Both the position numbers and the translations under genes were made by a program. The notes beneath the pieces were generated by a model. The model ran no database searches, was not told the origin of the DNA, and saw only the letters and a list, made by a program, of their open reading frames with translations. DNA of 64,000 bases from an uncultured Bacilli bacterium (GTDB lineage Bacteria; Bacillota_I; Bacilli_A; RF39; UBA660), in NCBI GenBank assembly GCA_934086815.1, contig CAKOIM010000002.1, positions 16,155-80,154 of the forward strand, in the 5' to 3' direction. This document shows, in pieces, positions 48,410 through 58,479 of this stretch (positions are counted from its first letter, which is position 1; every line of letters begins with the position of its first letter).

Positions 48410-48418
48410 ATTATAACA
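48410..48418 (-). promoter_or_regulatory. extended -10 (TGTTATAAT) directly upstream of the HerA-like gene
   Basis: Minus-strand TGTTATAAT ~25 nt before ATG 48385. A T-run follows the upstream gene's stop. Confidence 0.45.
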
Positions 48419-48453
48419 AACTTTTAATAAAAAAAAAAGATAAACTAATCGAG

Positions 48454-48906
48454 CTATTTTACCTCAAATTGTCTATCATTTATGTTTACTTCACTAAGTA
48501 AATCTTTTTGAATAGGTATAAAATACATTAACTTTTTCTTACTATCTTTAATTTCTTTGTTTACAATATATTTTATATTTAATCCATTATCTGTTACTTC
48601 TAATTCTATATCGCTTATTTCCATTTTTTTATTATAATTTATAAAGTCTACTATATAATCGTTTTCATTAAAACTATTATTAGTAAGTAAGACAACATCA
48701 CTTACTTTGTATTTTTTTAGCAATTCATTATATTCATCATAAGTTTTAACCAGTAAGCTCTCCGTATCATTTGTATTTACCACAATTCCATTAGCTATTA
48801 CCTTATTTGAAAAGAAACCTCCCACAGTAATTCCCAAAAGACCGGCGCAAACTACAACAACAATTGACACTATTGTAATTATAATATTTATTTTTTTATC
48901 ACTCAT
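48454..48906 (-). CDS. membrane-anchored hypothetical protein
   Basis: One N-terminal TM (IIITIVSIVVVVCAGLLGITVGGFF) plus a ~110-aa external domain. Confidence 0.5.
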   Translation of the reverse strand: MSDKKINIIITIVSIVVVVCAGLLGITVGGFFSNKVIANGIVVNTNDTESLLVKTYDEYNELLKKYKVSDVVLLTNNSFNENDYIVDFINYNKKMEISDIELEVTDNGLNIKYIVNKEIKDSKKKLMYFIPIQKDLLSEVNINDRQFEVK

Positions 48907-48921
48907 TTTACCCCTACTTTC

Positions 48922-49641
48922 TTATTTTATATTAATACCACCAAATATACTTGTACTATCTAAATAAATTACTTTACTATTTTTACTTTTATTATTATTT
49001 TGTTTTTCTGTTACTCCGCCAAATAAAGAAAATGATTTAATTTTAATTTCAACATTATCTGGCATAATTAAATTAACACTTCCAAAGATACTAGCAGCTT
49101 CGATTTTTATATCTTCATTTATTTTTAATTCAGTTAAATCACATGTAACACTTCCCATTAATGCAGTCACTTCAATTTTTTTAATACTATCATCCACAGG
49201 TTTTATTTTTTGACTAGAAAACATTGCTAAACATTCTGTTTTACCATTTTTATCCACTTTATTATTATCCCTATCTTTATTTTTAAATATACAAGAAACT
49301 CCTATAACAATTAAAGCAATTGGCACAAATAATTTCCATATTAAGTCTATTTTAATTATTTCTCTTGCCCCTAAAAATAATAATATTCCCAAAAATAATC
49401 CTAAAGCATTATCACTCTTATTTTTTTCAGTAAACAAACCAATAAATGAAGGTATAATTATAATAAATGCCCACCAACCTTCAAAAAATATATCTATACT
49501 AGCTATTTCTAAAGCATTTAGTCCCCAAACTATACCAATGATAATTAATATTACACCCCATAAAATATTCTTAGTTTTTTCCATAATAAGCTCCATTTCT
49601 TCTACCATTTTTATCTTATCATTAACTTTGATAGAAATCAA
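48922..49641 (-). CDS. LiaF-like / DUF2154 cell-envelope stress membrane protein
   Basis: Four TM segments. C-terminal repeats SIFGSVNLIMP / FSLFGGVTEK / SIFGGINIK are typical of the LiaF C-domain. Confidence 0.6.
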   Translation of the reverse strand: MISIKVNDKIKMVEEMELIMEKTKNILWGVILIIIGIVWGLNALEIASIDIFFEGWWAFIIIIPSFIGLFTEKNKSDNALGLFLGILLFLGAREIIKIDLIWKLFVPIALIVIGVSCIFKNKDRDNNKVDKNGKTECLAMFSSQKIKPVDDSIKKIEVTALMGSVTCDLTELKINEDIKIEAASIFGSVNLIMPDNVEIKIKSFSLFGGVTEKQNNNKSKNSKVIYLDSTSIFGGINIK

Positions 49642-50537
49642 TATATAACTCTTACAAATTTATTTTTAGATCTATTCAAACTAAGTGTTGGTTCCTTATC
49701 TTTTTCTATAGATTTAACATTTATAGATAATTCATCTAACATTATCTCTTCTAAATATTGATGCATTTCTGTATTTTCAAAATTACCATCATATAATTTT
49801 TCTAAGCGTAAAAATCTAATACCTGATAATAAACCTCTTTTTGATATCAAAGTATTTGTTTCATCATCAATTAACCATTTAATCGGAGAAACTCTTAACC
49901 AAACATAATCTCCAGCTTTACATTGTAATCCATTTGATAATTTAATAAATTGTTGACTATATCCAAAATTAGCTCTTACTCGGCAATATTTAGTTCCACC
50001 TAATTCAAATTCTGGATATTCAATTCCTTCAAAATTACTTTGCATATCTGTATTAGAAACTGCATTAAAAGTATAGTTTTTTCCAGTTTTATTTAGTGTT
50101 TCTTTTCTATATTCATTTTCTAAAACATTAGCCGTTGATGGATAAACAGAAGATTGTGGATATTCACCAAGTTCTACTTCTTCCGTAGCATTATAGCCTT
50201 TATATCTATTCATAGTTACTTTTTGAAAATCCTCTTTAGAAAAATGTAAAACGGGTCTAATAATACCATCCTTTTTATATCTAAAAGTTGAAAATAATTT
50301 ACCATTTTCTAGTACAGTAACTACATTACCATTATCTTCAGATTTAGTATAAAACCAACCAGTTTTTTCAAATTCATCTGGAACACTATATGCCATAGGA
50401 TTGCTACTATTTCCACCAGTTACGATAGCTAAATCTGTTAATGATGCAACATTCCCATACTTTTTTAAGACTTCTAATTTACTATATCCTGCAATATCTT
50501 TTTTAGAAAGTAAAGTAATTTCTATATTTTCATTCAT
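49638..50537 (-). CDS. hypothetical protein without signal peptide, DUF6273-like pattern
   Basis: ITLLSKKDI...TGWFYTKSED...GIIRPVLHF and VSPIKWLIDDETNTLISKRGL. The 4-nt overlap with the next gene suggests translational coupling. Confidence 0.5.
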   Translation of the reverse strand: MNENIEITLLSKKDIAGYSKLEVLKKYGNVASLTDLAIVTGGNSSNPMAYSVPDEFEKTGWFYTKSEDNGNVVTVLENGKLFSTFRYKKDGIIRPVLHFSKEDFQKVTMNRYKGYNATEEVELGEYPQSSVYPSTANVLENEYRKETLNKTGKNYTFNAVSNTDMQSNFEGIEYPEFELGGTKYCRVRANFGYSQQFIKLSNGLQCKAGDYVWLRVSPIKWLIDDETNTLISKRGLLSGIRFLRLEKLYDGNFENTEMHQYLEEIMLDELSINVKSIEKDKEPTLSLNRSKNKFVRVIY

Positions 50538-50588
50538 TTTTTCATCACCGATTAATATCTTATCACAAAATTCTAAAAATTCAATAGT

Positions 50589-51828
50589 TTATTCAATAAT
50601 AAATGGCGAAGAAATAGTCCCAGCCCCACTTTTATAAGTTACATTTGAATTTAGGTAAAAACAAGGACGAATAGCAAAACTATAATAACTTACATTATTA
50701 CGATCCAACACACCACAATAAAAAACATAACCGTATTCATTTGCATAAAATGCATCATTTGAAACATTTGATACCCGAGTTATTGCCCAATCTTCTAATC
50801 CCATATACATCCAATTAATACTTGTAAATGAACGATAATCATAAGCTGTTTTTCCCCATATTTTTGATTCAGCGGCATAATAATAATCACTTACATACAT
50901 TAAGCCTATTTTTGCATCATATGTTGTATTTTCTGCCGGTGATGTTATTTCATTTGTGTATGCCATTTGCGGTACTGAAACTCCAATATTATCCCATGTA
51001 TTTCCCCCTATTTTCCAAGCGTGTGTCGCTATTTTATTTGACCAATTTGTTCCAATGTTATTTAAATAATTTGTATTTAAATTCGTTGTATTTAATCGAC
51101 TTTCACTCCATGTGTTTGTACTATTATTTTCATTTGAATAATTCCAATAATATACACCTATTTCTGTTTTATCATTATTTCCTTTATTAGTTCCGTAACT
51201 ACTTGAATCCCAGCCAATACCTGAATATGTATTATAATAATCTCCGTCGGTTCCAAGTAATGTTGATTTTGCATAATCATATTTTATTAGTTTTACTTGA
51301 TTATCAAATACTCCGATGATTCTAATAGTCTGTTGGGCAACTCCCATCCGGTGAATCATATCCAAAACAAACAAAGTTATTGGTGGTGTCACTACTACCT
51401 GCATACCGATACGAGTTATCTCCTGCTCCATTTTCTAAAGAACTATCATGATAATATAAATTGTTTTCTCCCTGAGTACCAGTATATTGGGCCTTCACAT
51501 ATTCTGTTAAAGTAGATATTTTATCAAAATAAACATAACATTTATCTGCTCCATTTCCTTCCATTATTACTTTTTTATTTATGTTATCCCAACTTAAACT
51601 ACTTCCCATTTCACACTTAGATAAATCTTCATTAAATACATAACCTTCTGTCGGCTATGAGCTTGCCGTAGTCTTTTGATACTTTCCAGTTCCAGCACTG
51701 GTTTCTAACATCATACTTAGTAAATTAGACTTTTTATTTTCTAGTTTTACTTCTTCTATTTTCTTTTCTTTAGGAAAAACAAATATAATACATGCTAAAA
51801 GTACTATCAAACATATTATCTTTTTCAT
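50589..51828 (-). pseudogene. disrupted secreted paralog (B) of CDS 22499-24094: in-frame TAG at 51655-51657 plus a frameshift at ~51321-51328
   Basis: Signal peptide MKKIICLIVLLACIIFVF from ATG 51828. Codon 58 is TAG. ...CPTDY* then RIIGVFDNQVKLIKYDYAKSTLLGTDGDY continues in another frame. The shared DNA (by eye mostly matching, longest exact run ~24 nt) aligns with paralog A. Confidence 0.7.
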
Positions 51829-51960
51829 CTTATCACGACCTTATAAAAATAATACACAAATAAAATTAAATTTTATAGTAGTCAAAAAGATATCAAAATA
51901 ATTACTAGAATTTAATATATCAACTTGATAAAATTTTGATTAGAAAGTGACGTGATATGT

Positions 51961-52137
51961 ATGAAGCCTATAAATCCATATCCCTTAAGAATAGATGAAG
52001 ATTTAATGGAAGAATTAAAACTGCTCGCTAAAGAAGAATCAAGAAGTGTAAATAAAGAAATAGAACATTTAATTAAAGAGGCAATAAAAAAGAATAAAAA
52101 GGAAAAAGAAGATACAGAAAAAGATAAGTTTAACTAA
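51961..52137 (+). CDS. ribbon-helix-helix (Arc/CopG-like) protein, orphan
   Basis: PYPLRIDEDLMEELKLLAKEESRSVNKEIEHLIKEAI fits the RHH beta-alpha-alpha pattern. Its stop overlaps the gatB stop. Confidence 0.5.
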   Translation: MKPINPYPLRIDEDLMEELKLLAKEESRSVNKEIEHLIKEAIKKNKKEKEDTEKDKFN

Positions 52138-53552
52138 TTAAGCTTATCTTTTAATATTTCCTTTGTCATAACAGGATTCGCTTTTCCCCTGGTTTCTTTC
52201 ATGACTTGGCCTACAAAATAATCAAATAGATTTGTCTTACCATTTTTATAATCTTCAATTTGTTTTAAATTATTATTTAAAATATTTTCAATAATTGTAA
52301 CTAATTCTTCTTTATCACTAATTTGTGTATTATCTTTAATAAATTCTTTAGGTTCTTTTTTATTTTCTAAAGATTTATTAAAGATTTCTTTTGCTTGTTT
52401 AGAAGATATATTGCCCTTTTCTAATTCACTTAATATTTGTTTAAGTAAATTAGGTTTTAAATAAAAATCTTTCAACGTAATATCTTCTTGTTTTAAATAA
52501 GCAATAATTTGAACAATTAACCAATTAGCTACTTGTTTTTTATCCATTCCTAAATTAACACATTCTTCATAATATTCAGCATAATCTTTATTTTTAATAA
52601 TTATATTAGCATCATATTCACTTAAATTGTATTCATTTATATACATATGTTTTCGTTCTCTTGGAAGCATAGGAATATTTTTCTTAATTTCATCTTTCCA
52701 TTCTTCAGTTATTTTAAATTTAGGAATATTTGGTTCTACAAAATACTTATAATCAATAGCATCTTCTTTACTACGCATTCTAATCGTAGTTCCTGTTTCT
52801 TCATCAAATCTTCTCGTTTCTTGTAAAACTTCATCATAACGACCTAAATCTTTTAATTCACTTTGTCTTTTTATTTCATAGTTAATCGTTTCATAAACAT
52901 TAGCTATTGAATTAACATTTTTAACTTCTACTCTAGTACCTAACTTATCATTATCACTAATGGATACATTAACATCACATCTTATTTGTCCCTTTTTTAT
53001 ATCAGCATCAGAAATATCAGCATATTGATAAATTCTTCTTACTTCCTCTAAGAAAGCAACAGCTTCATCCGCAGATGATAGACAAGGTTCCGTAACTAGT
53101 TCTAATAATGGGACTCCGGCTCTATTATAGTTTATTAATGTTGCATCAGAATAATGATCTAAGGAGGCTGTATCTTCTTCTAAATGAATATCATGAATTA
53201 AAACATTTTTTTCTTCACCATTACATTCAATTATTAAATTACCATTTATCCCTATAGGATTATTCATTTGTGTTATTTGATAACCTTTAGGTAAATCTGG
53301 ATAATAATAATTTTTTCGATCAAAATATAAATACTTTGGTATTTGACAATTTAGAATCATAGCCATTAATATTGATTTTCGAACACACTCTTTATTAATC
53401 GTGGGTAAAATTCCGGGGAAAGCCATATCTATAGCATTAACATTAATATTTGGTATTTCACTATATTCATTTAAAGCATTACTAAATACTTTACTTTTAC
53501 TTTTAAATTCACAGTGCATTTCCAACCCAATACTTACTTTATATTTATTCAT
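52134..53552 (-). CDS. gatB: Asp/Glu-tRNA amidotransferase subunit B
   Basis: IGLEMHCE start region and GatB/YqeY C-domain. GGAGG SD before ATG 53552. Confidence 0.95.
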   Translation of the reverse strand: MNKYKVSIGLEMHCEFKSKSKVFSNALNEYSEIPNINVNAIDMAFPGILPTINKECVRKSILMAMILNCQIPKYLYFDRKNYYYPDLPKGYQITQMNNPIGINGNLIIECNGEEKNVLIHDIHLEEDTASLDHYSDATLINYNRAGVPLLELVTEPCLSSADEAVAFLEEVRRIYQYADISDADIKKGQIRCDVNVSISDNDKLGTRVEVKNVNSIANVYETINYEIKRQSELKDLGRYDEVLQETRRFDEETGTTIRMRSKEDAIDYKYFVEPNIPKFKITEEWKDEIKKNIPMLPRERKHMYINEYNLSEYDANIIIKNKDYAEYYEECVNLGMDKKQVANWLIVQIIAYLKQEDITLKDFYLKPNLLKQILSELEKGNISSKQAKEIFNKSLENKKEPKEFIKDNTQISDKEELVTIIENILNNNLKQIEDYKNGKTNLFDYFVGQVMKETRGKANPVMTKEILKDKLN

Positions 53553-55002
53553 GGTAACCTCCGGCAATCATATCTTTGTAATTCATTTTACTTTCTAAAA
53601 GATATGCTATATTTAAAACATCTTGATCTTTATAATTATTAGATGTAATGTTAATACCTACGGGTAAATTATTAATTAAACCATTAGGAATAGTAATAGA
53701 TGGAAAGCCACCAAAGTTTCCTATTTGTAAATGATTTTCTAAAACTGACACATCACTTTTTATTAGTTCATCTTTTTTACCATTTAAAAATGGTGCAACA
53801 CCCGTAGAAACAGGCATAATACAAGCATCATATTCTTTGAATAAGCTTTTAAATTTATCGACAATTAATCTTCTAACACGAGCTGCATTTAAAAAATACT
53901 TTTCTTGATTTTCTCTTTGTAAGACATATGAACCAATAACAAATCTTCTTTTGATAAGTGGTGAAAATCCTTTAGTTCTATAATCATCTATCATATCAAA
54001 AAAGTTATCCTTATTACTACGAGGACCAAAACTAATTCCGGTTAAATTAGACATATTACTTGTTGCCTCAGCACATGAAATACACATATATACACTTGGT
54101 ATTGCTTCAAGTAATTTCTTATCTATAGAAACCTCTTCCACTTTAATACCATCTTTTTTTAATAAATCCAAGGTATTATAAAAATTATCTAAATGACTTT
54201 TTAATTCATCTGTAATATTTGGATAATTATTATAATCCACTATTTCTTTTATATAAAATAATTTATAATTAGTTTTATCTTTATTTAAATCTTGATATAA
54301 ATGTAAATCTTTAGAATCCCAAGTAGTTTGATCAAGTTCATCTTTTCCTTTCATGTAGTCTACTACAATAGCAGCATCTTCAACACTTCTTGTTAAAACA
54401 CCACAGTGATCTAAACTAGAAGCAAATGGAAATAATCCAAATCTTGAAATCATCCCATATGTAGGCTTATAGCCAACTATTCCACAAAAACCTGCAGGTT
54501 TACGAATAGAATCCCCTGTATCACTACCTAAAGCAAAAGGATAAACCCCACTTGCAACAGCTGCTGCCGATCCGCTTGAAGAACCTCCACACATTCTTTC
54601 TAAATCCCAAGGATTTTTTTGAACTCCAGTGTGAGCAGTAGTTCCAGTTCCTCCCATTCCAAATTCATCCATAGCGGTTTTATTTACAATTACAGCCCCA
54701 GCATCTTTTAACTTTTTAACACATGTAGCATCAAAAAATGGTACATAATCTTTTAATGTATTTGATGAACCAGTAGTTAAAATACCTTCCGTAGAATAAT
54801 TATCTTTAACTCCAAAAGGTATTCCTGATAACATAGTATTTACATCTTTATCACTTTTGGCATCATCGCAAATTGTTACAAAAGCATTTGTTAATTTATT
54901 TACATCATGAGATTTTTTAATAGCTTCAGCTATTAGTTCTTCTTTTGTTATTTCCTTTTTTTCTAACATTTCATGTAATTTAACAATCCCAAGTTCAGTC
55001 AT
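53545..55002 (-). CDS. gatA: Asp/Glu-tRNA amidotransferase subunit A
   Basis: Amidase signature GGSSSGSAAAVASG. Confidence 0.95.
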   Translation of the reverse strand: MTELGIVKLHEMLEKKEITKEELIAEAIKKSHDVNKLTNAFVTICDDAKSDKDVNTMLSGIPFGVKDNYSTEGILTTGSSNTLKDYVPFFDATCVKKLKDAGAVIVNKTAMDEFGMGGTGTTAHTGVQKNPWDLERMCGGSSSGSAAAVASGVYPFALGSDTGDSIRKPAGFCGIVGYKPTYGMISRFGLFPFASSLDHCGVLTRSVEDAAIVVDYMKGKDELDQTTWDSKDLHLYQDLNKDKTNYKLFYIKEIVDYNNYPNITDELKSHLDNFYNTLDLLKKDGIKVEEVSIDKKLLEAIPSVYMCISCAEATSNMSNLTGISFGPRSNKDNFFDMIDDYRTKGFSPLIKRRFVIGSYVLQRENQEKYFLNAARVRRLIVDKFKSLFKEYDACIMPVSTGVAPFLNGKKDELIKSDVSVLENHLQIGNFGGFPSITIPNGLINNLPVGINITSNNYKDQDVLNIAYLLESKMNYKDMIAGGYHE

Positions 55003-55298
55003 TATCCCACCACCTTTGGTATTTTTATTTCTAAATCTTCACAACAATCACAATTACTTAATAAATTATTTACATCTTCATTAAATACTTCATCATCACT
55101 TCTTAGTTCATAAACAAAATCATTTAATGTATGAACCATTGGTTCAACACTTTCTAATCCAGGATAATCAGCAATTAAATTCATTTCTTTTTCAATTAAA
55201 TCAAATTCTTTTAGTACTAAATCATTTTCTTCTTTTGTTAAACTAATATATAATTTTTTAGCATAGTCATCAACTAGCTCTTTAGTAAATTTACTCAT
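55002..55298 (-). CDS. gatC: Asp/Glu-tRNA amidotransferase subunit C
   Basis: 98-aa acidic protein immediately upstream of gatA, with overlapping start/stop. Confidence 0.88.
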   Translation of the reverse strand: MSKFTKELVDDYAKKLYISLTKEENDLVLKEFDLIEKEMNLIADYPGLESVEPMVHTLNDFVYELRSDDEVFNEDVNNLLSNCDCCEDLEIKIPKVVG

Positions 55299-55845
55299 TA
55301 TCTATCCTTTCTATAATTCTATCTATATTTTGATAAAACTCATCTAGACCATTATTATTTAAAACAAAATAATCCGCATAAGCTATTGGTCCACCTTTTT
55401 CTAAATTTTCTATTTCCGATATATCTCTTTTTTTAGCTTCCAAATTAACTAAAGGCCTTATATCTCTATTTACCAATCTTCCATATCTTGTTTTTTTATC
55501 AGATATAATAGCAATTACTTTAATATTTTCAAATTCTTTTTGTAGTATTTTTAACTCTTCCCATGAATATAGACCATCTAATATAACATCATAATTTTCG
55601 GCATACTCTTTAATTTTAGGTAGTAAAAGTGTAGCAAATGCACCCATTCCATATTCTTTTCTTAAGTTTTCACGTATAACTTTTTCATTTTCCGCATTTA
55701 CTTCTAATTTTTTTTCTTTTAAAATATCCATTGTTACTTGACCAAAGTATATTCTTTTATATCTCTTACTAACAAAATAATCACAAGCAACAGATTTTCC
55801 ACTACCACACATTCCAACTAAAGCTATAATTTTATTCATATGCAA
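55291..55845 (-). CDS. P-loop nucleotide/dephospho-CoA-kinase-like protein
   Basis: LVGMCGSGKS Walker A and small NMP-kinase-like size. Confidence 0.65.
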   Translation of the reverse strand: MHMNKIIALVGMCGSGKSVACDYFVSKRYKRIYFGQVTMDILKEKKLEVNAENEKVIRENLRKEYGMGAFATLLLPKIKEYAENYDVILDGLYSWEELKILQKEFENIKVIAIISDKKTRYGRLVNRDIRPLVNLEAKKRDISEIENLEKGGPIAYADYFVLNNNGLDEFYQNIDRIIERIDNE

Positions 55846-55851
55846 ATCCCC

Positions 55852-57222
55852 CTAAAAACTACAATTACCTGGAGTTCTATAATATGGAATAACATCACGA
55901 ATATTTTCCATTCCTGTTAAATACATAATAAGTCTTTCAAAACCTAAACCAAATCCAGAATGAATACAAGTACCATATTTTCTTAAATTAACATACCATT
56001 CTAATTCTTCAATATTCATATTTAAATCTTGCATTTTTTTAACCAGTTTATCATAGTTTTCTTCTCTTTGCGAACCACCCATTAATTCACCAATTCCTGG
56101 TAATTCTAAATCAACCGCAGCAACAGTTTCATTATCATCATTTAATTTCATATAAAATGATTTTATATCTTTAGGCCAATTTTTAATAAATACAGGTCCA
56201 TCAAAATATTCAGTAATGTATTTTTCATGTTCTTTAGCGATATCTTCGCCATATTCTGGTGTAAATTCAAATTTTGTATCTGCTTCTTTTAATATTTTAA
56301 TTACATCTTTATGATCAATTCTTACAAACTCAGAATTTATTACTTTTGAAAGTTTTTCAATTAAGCCATTTTCTACAAACTTATCTAAAAATTCTATTTC
56401 ATCTTTACCATTTTCTAAACAATAATTTATTACATATTTTAACATATCTTCTTCAATATCCATTAAGCCTTCTAAATCACAAAATGCAATTTCTGGTTCA
56501 ATCATCCAAAATTCAGACATGTGTGTCTTTGTATTAGAATTTTCTGCTCTAAATGTCGGACCAAAAGTGTATATTTTAGAAAACGCTAAAGCAAAAGTTT
56601 CTGCTTCTAATTGACCAGATACTGTAAGTCCTGTTTTCTTTCCAAAAAAGTCTTTAGAATAATCAACCTTTCCCGCCTTAGCAATATTATCTAAATCTAG
56701 AGTTGTTACTTGAAACATTTCTCCGGCTCCTTCACAATCGCTTGATGTTAAAATAGGTGTATTTACATATATATATCCATTATCACCAAAATACTTATGG
56801 ATTGCTTGGGCAGCTAGGGAACGCACTTTAAATACAGCTTGAAATATATTTGTTCTTGGTCTTAAATATGCTTGTTCTCTTAAAAATTCTTTAGTATGTC
56901 TTTTAGGTTGAATTGGATAATCTTCACTACATTCTCCTAAAACTTCAATAGTCTTAGCTTGTAATTCAAATTCTTGATTACCATTTGAACTTACTAAAAT
57001 CCCAACTACCTTAATAGAACTTCCTACTAAAATCTTAGAAATTATTTCAAAATTATTTAAATTTTTGTCATACACTATTTGTAAATGTTTGAAACTTGTT
57101 CCATCAGAAAAATCAATAAATCCAAACTCTTTTTGAGGTCTATGATTTCTTATCCAACCTTCCACAGTTATTTCCTTATTTAAATATTCTTTACTATTTT
57201 TAAATATATCTTTTACATTCAT
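55852..57222 (-). CDS. asnS: asparagine--tRNA ligase
   Basis: OB-fold N-domain, YPIQPKRH, SDCEGAGEMF and class II motifs. Confidence 0.92.
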   Translation of the reverse strand: MNVKDIFKNSKEYLNKEITVEGWIRNHRPQKEFGFIDFSDGTSFKHLQIVYDKNLNNFEIISKILVGSSIKVVGILVSSNGNQEFELQAKTIEVLGECSEDYPIQPKRHTKEFLREQAYLRPRTNIFQAVFKVRSLAAQAIHKYFGDNGYIYVNTPILTSSDCEGAGEMFQVTTLDLDNIAKAGKVDYSKDFFGKKTGLTVSGQLEAETFALAFSKIYTFGPTFRAENSNTKTHMSEFWMIEPEIAFCDLEGLMDIEEDMLKYVINYCLENGKDEIEFLDKFVENGLIEKLSKVINSEFVRIDHKDVIKILKEADTKFEFTPEYGEDIAKEHEKYITEYFDGPVFIKNWPKDIKSFYMKLNDDNETVAAVDLELPGIGELMGGSQREENYDKLVKKMQDLNMNIEELEWYVNLRKYGTCIHSGFGLGFERLIMYLTGMENIRDVIPYYRTPGNCSF

Positions 57223-57231
57223 AATATCTCC

Positions 57232-58479
57232 CTATATGTTTCCTAGTAACCAATCAATTACTTCACATTCATCAACTTTTATTTCTTCTTTTAAACTATT
57301 ATCTTTAATTGTTATTAAACCTTTTTGTAAATCATCATCCTTTAAAATTATTAAAAATTTTGCATGGTATAAGTCCGCAACTTTAAACTGTGATTTAAAA
57401 CTTAAGTCATTATTATTTAATTCTACTATTATATTATTTAATCTCAAATCTTGAGATAACTGCAAAGCTTTAATTTTTTCTTCTTCACTTACGCACATAA
57501 TATATACATCAATATCTTTTTTAAACTTTTCTATATTCATAGTTTCTTTTAATTTTAGTATTATTCTTTCTAACCCAAAGGCAAACCCAATCGCCGGAGT
57601 ATCTGGTCCATCTAATTTTTTAACTAAAGAATTATATCTTCCACCTCCGCCTAAAGTTAAATCATCACTTACATATTCCCATACATTTTCATCATAATAA
57701 TCTAAGCCCCGAACTATTTTTTCATCTACTTCATAATCTACATCTAATAAATTTAACATGTATTTTACTTTATTAAATCTATTTTTACTTTCTTCACTTA
57801 AATAATCACTTATTTTAGGAACGTTTTTTAATATAGTACTATCTTCATCTACTTTACAATCTAATATTCTTAAAGGATTAGTCTTAATTCTTCTTTGACA
57901 ATCTTCACATAAATCATTTATTTGTGGTGTCAAATAATTAACTAAAGCATCCGTATATTTTTTTCTATCTTGATTATTTCCTAAAGAATTTATTTTAACT
58001 AAGACATTATTTATACCAAAACATTCTAGTAAATGATATCCCATGCTTATAACTTCGGCATCTATCAAAGTACTATTTGATCCAAACACTTCCGCTCCAA
58101 ATTGTGTAAATTCCCTATTTCTTCCAGCCTGAGGTCTTTCATAACGATACATTGTACCATTATAATAAAGTTTAACTGCATCATTTCTATTTCCATATAA
58201 TTTATTTTCAATAAAACTTCTTACTACTCCCGCAGTTCCTTCCGGTCTTAACGTTAAATCTCTATCTCCACGATCTTTAAAATCATATGTTTCTTTACTT
58301 ACTATATCAGTTTCTTCCCCAACACCTCTATGAAATAATGAAGTATTTTCAAAAATAGGTGTTCTAATATACTCATAATTATACATTGTCATAAACTCAT
58401 CAATAATACTACTTAAATACTTGTATATACGAGCGTCTCTATTAATTAAATCATATGTTCCTTTTGGTTTTGTAATCAT
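57232..58479 (-). CDS. hisS: histidine--tRNA ligase
   Basis: MITKPKGTYD, LRPEGTAGVVR and GGGRY motifs. Confidence 0.95.
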   Translation of the reverse strand: MITKPKGTYDLINRDARIYKYLSSIIDEFMTMYNYEYIRTPIFENTSLFHRGVGEETDIVSKETYDFKDRGDRDLTLRPEGTAGVVRSFIENKLYGNRNDAVKLYYNGTMYRYERPQAGRNREFTQFGAEVFGSNSTLIDAEVISMGYHLLECFGINNVLVKINSLGNNQDRKKYTDALVNYLTPQINDLCEDCQRRIKTNPLRILDCKVDEDSTILKNVPKISDYLSEESKNRFNKVKYMLNLLDVDYEVDEKIVRGLDYYDENVWEYVSDDLTLGGGGRYNSLVKKLDGPDTPAIGFAFGLERIILKLKETMNIEKFKKDIDVYIMCVSEEEKIKALQLSQDLRLNNIIVELNNNDLSFKSQFKVADLYHAKFLIILKDDDLQKGLITIKDNSLKEEIKVDECEVIDWLLGNI

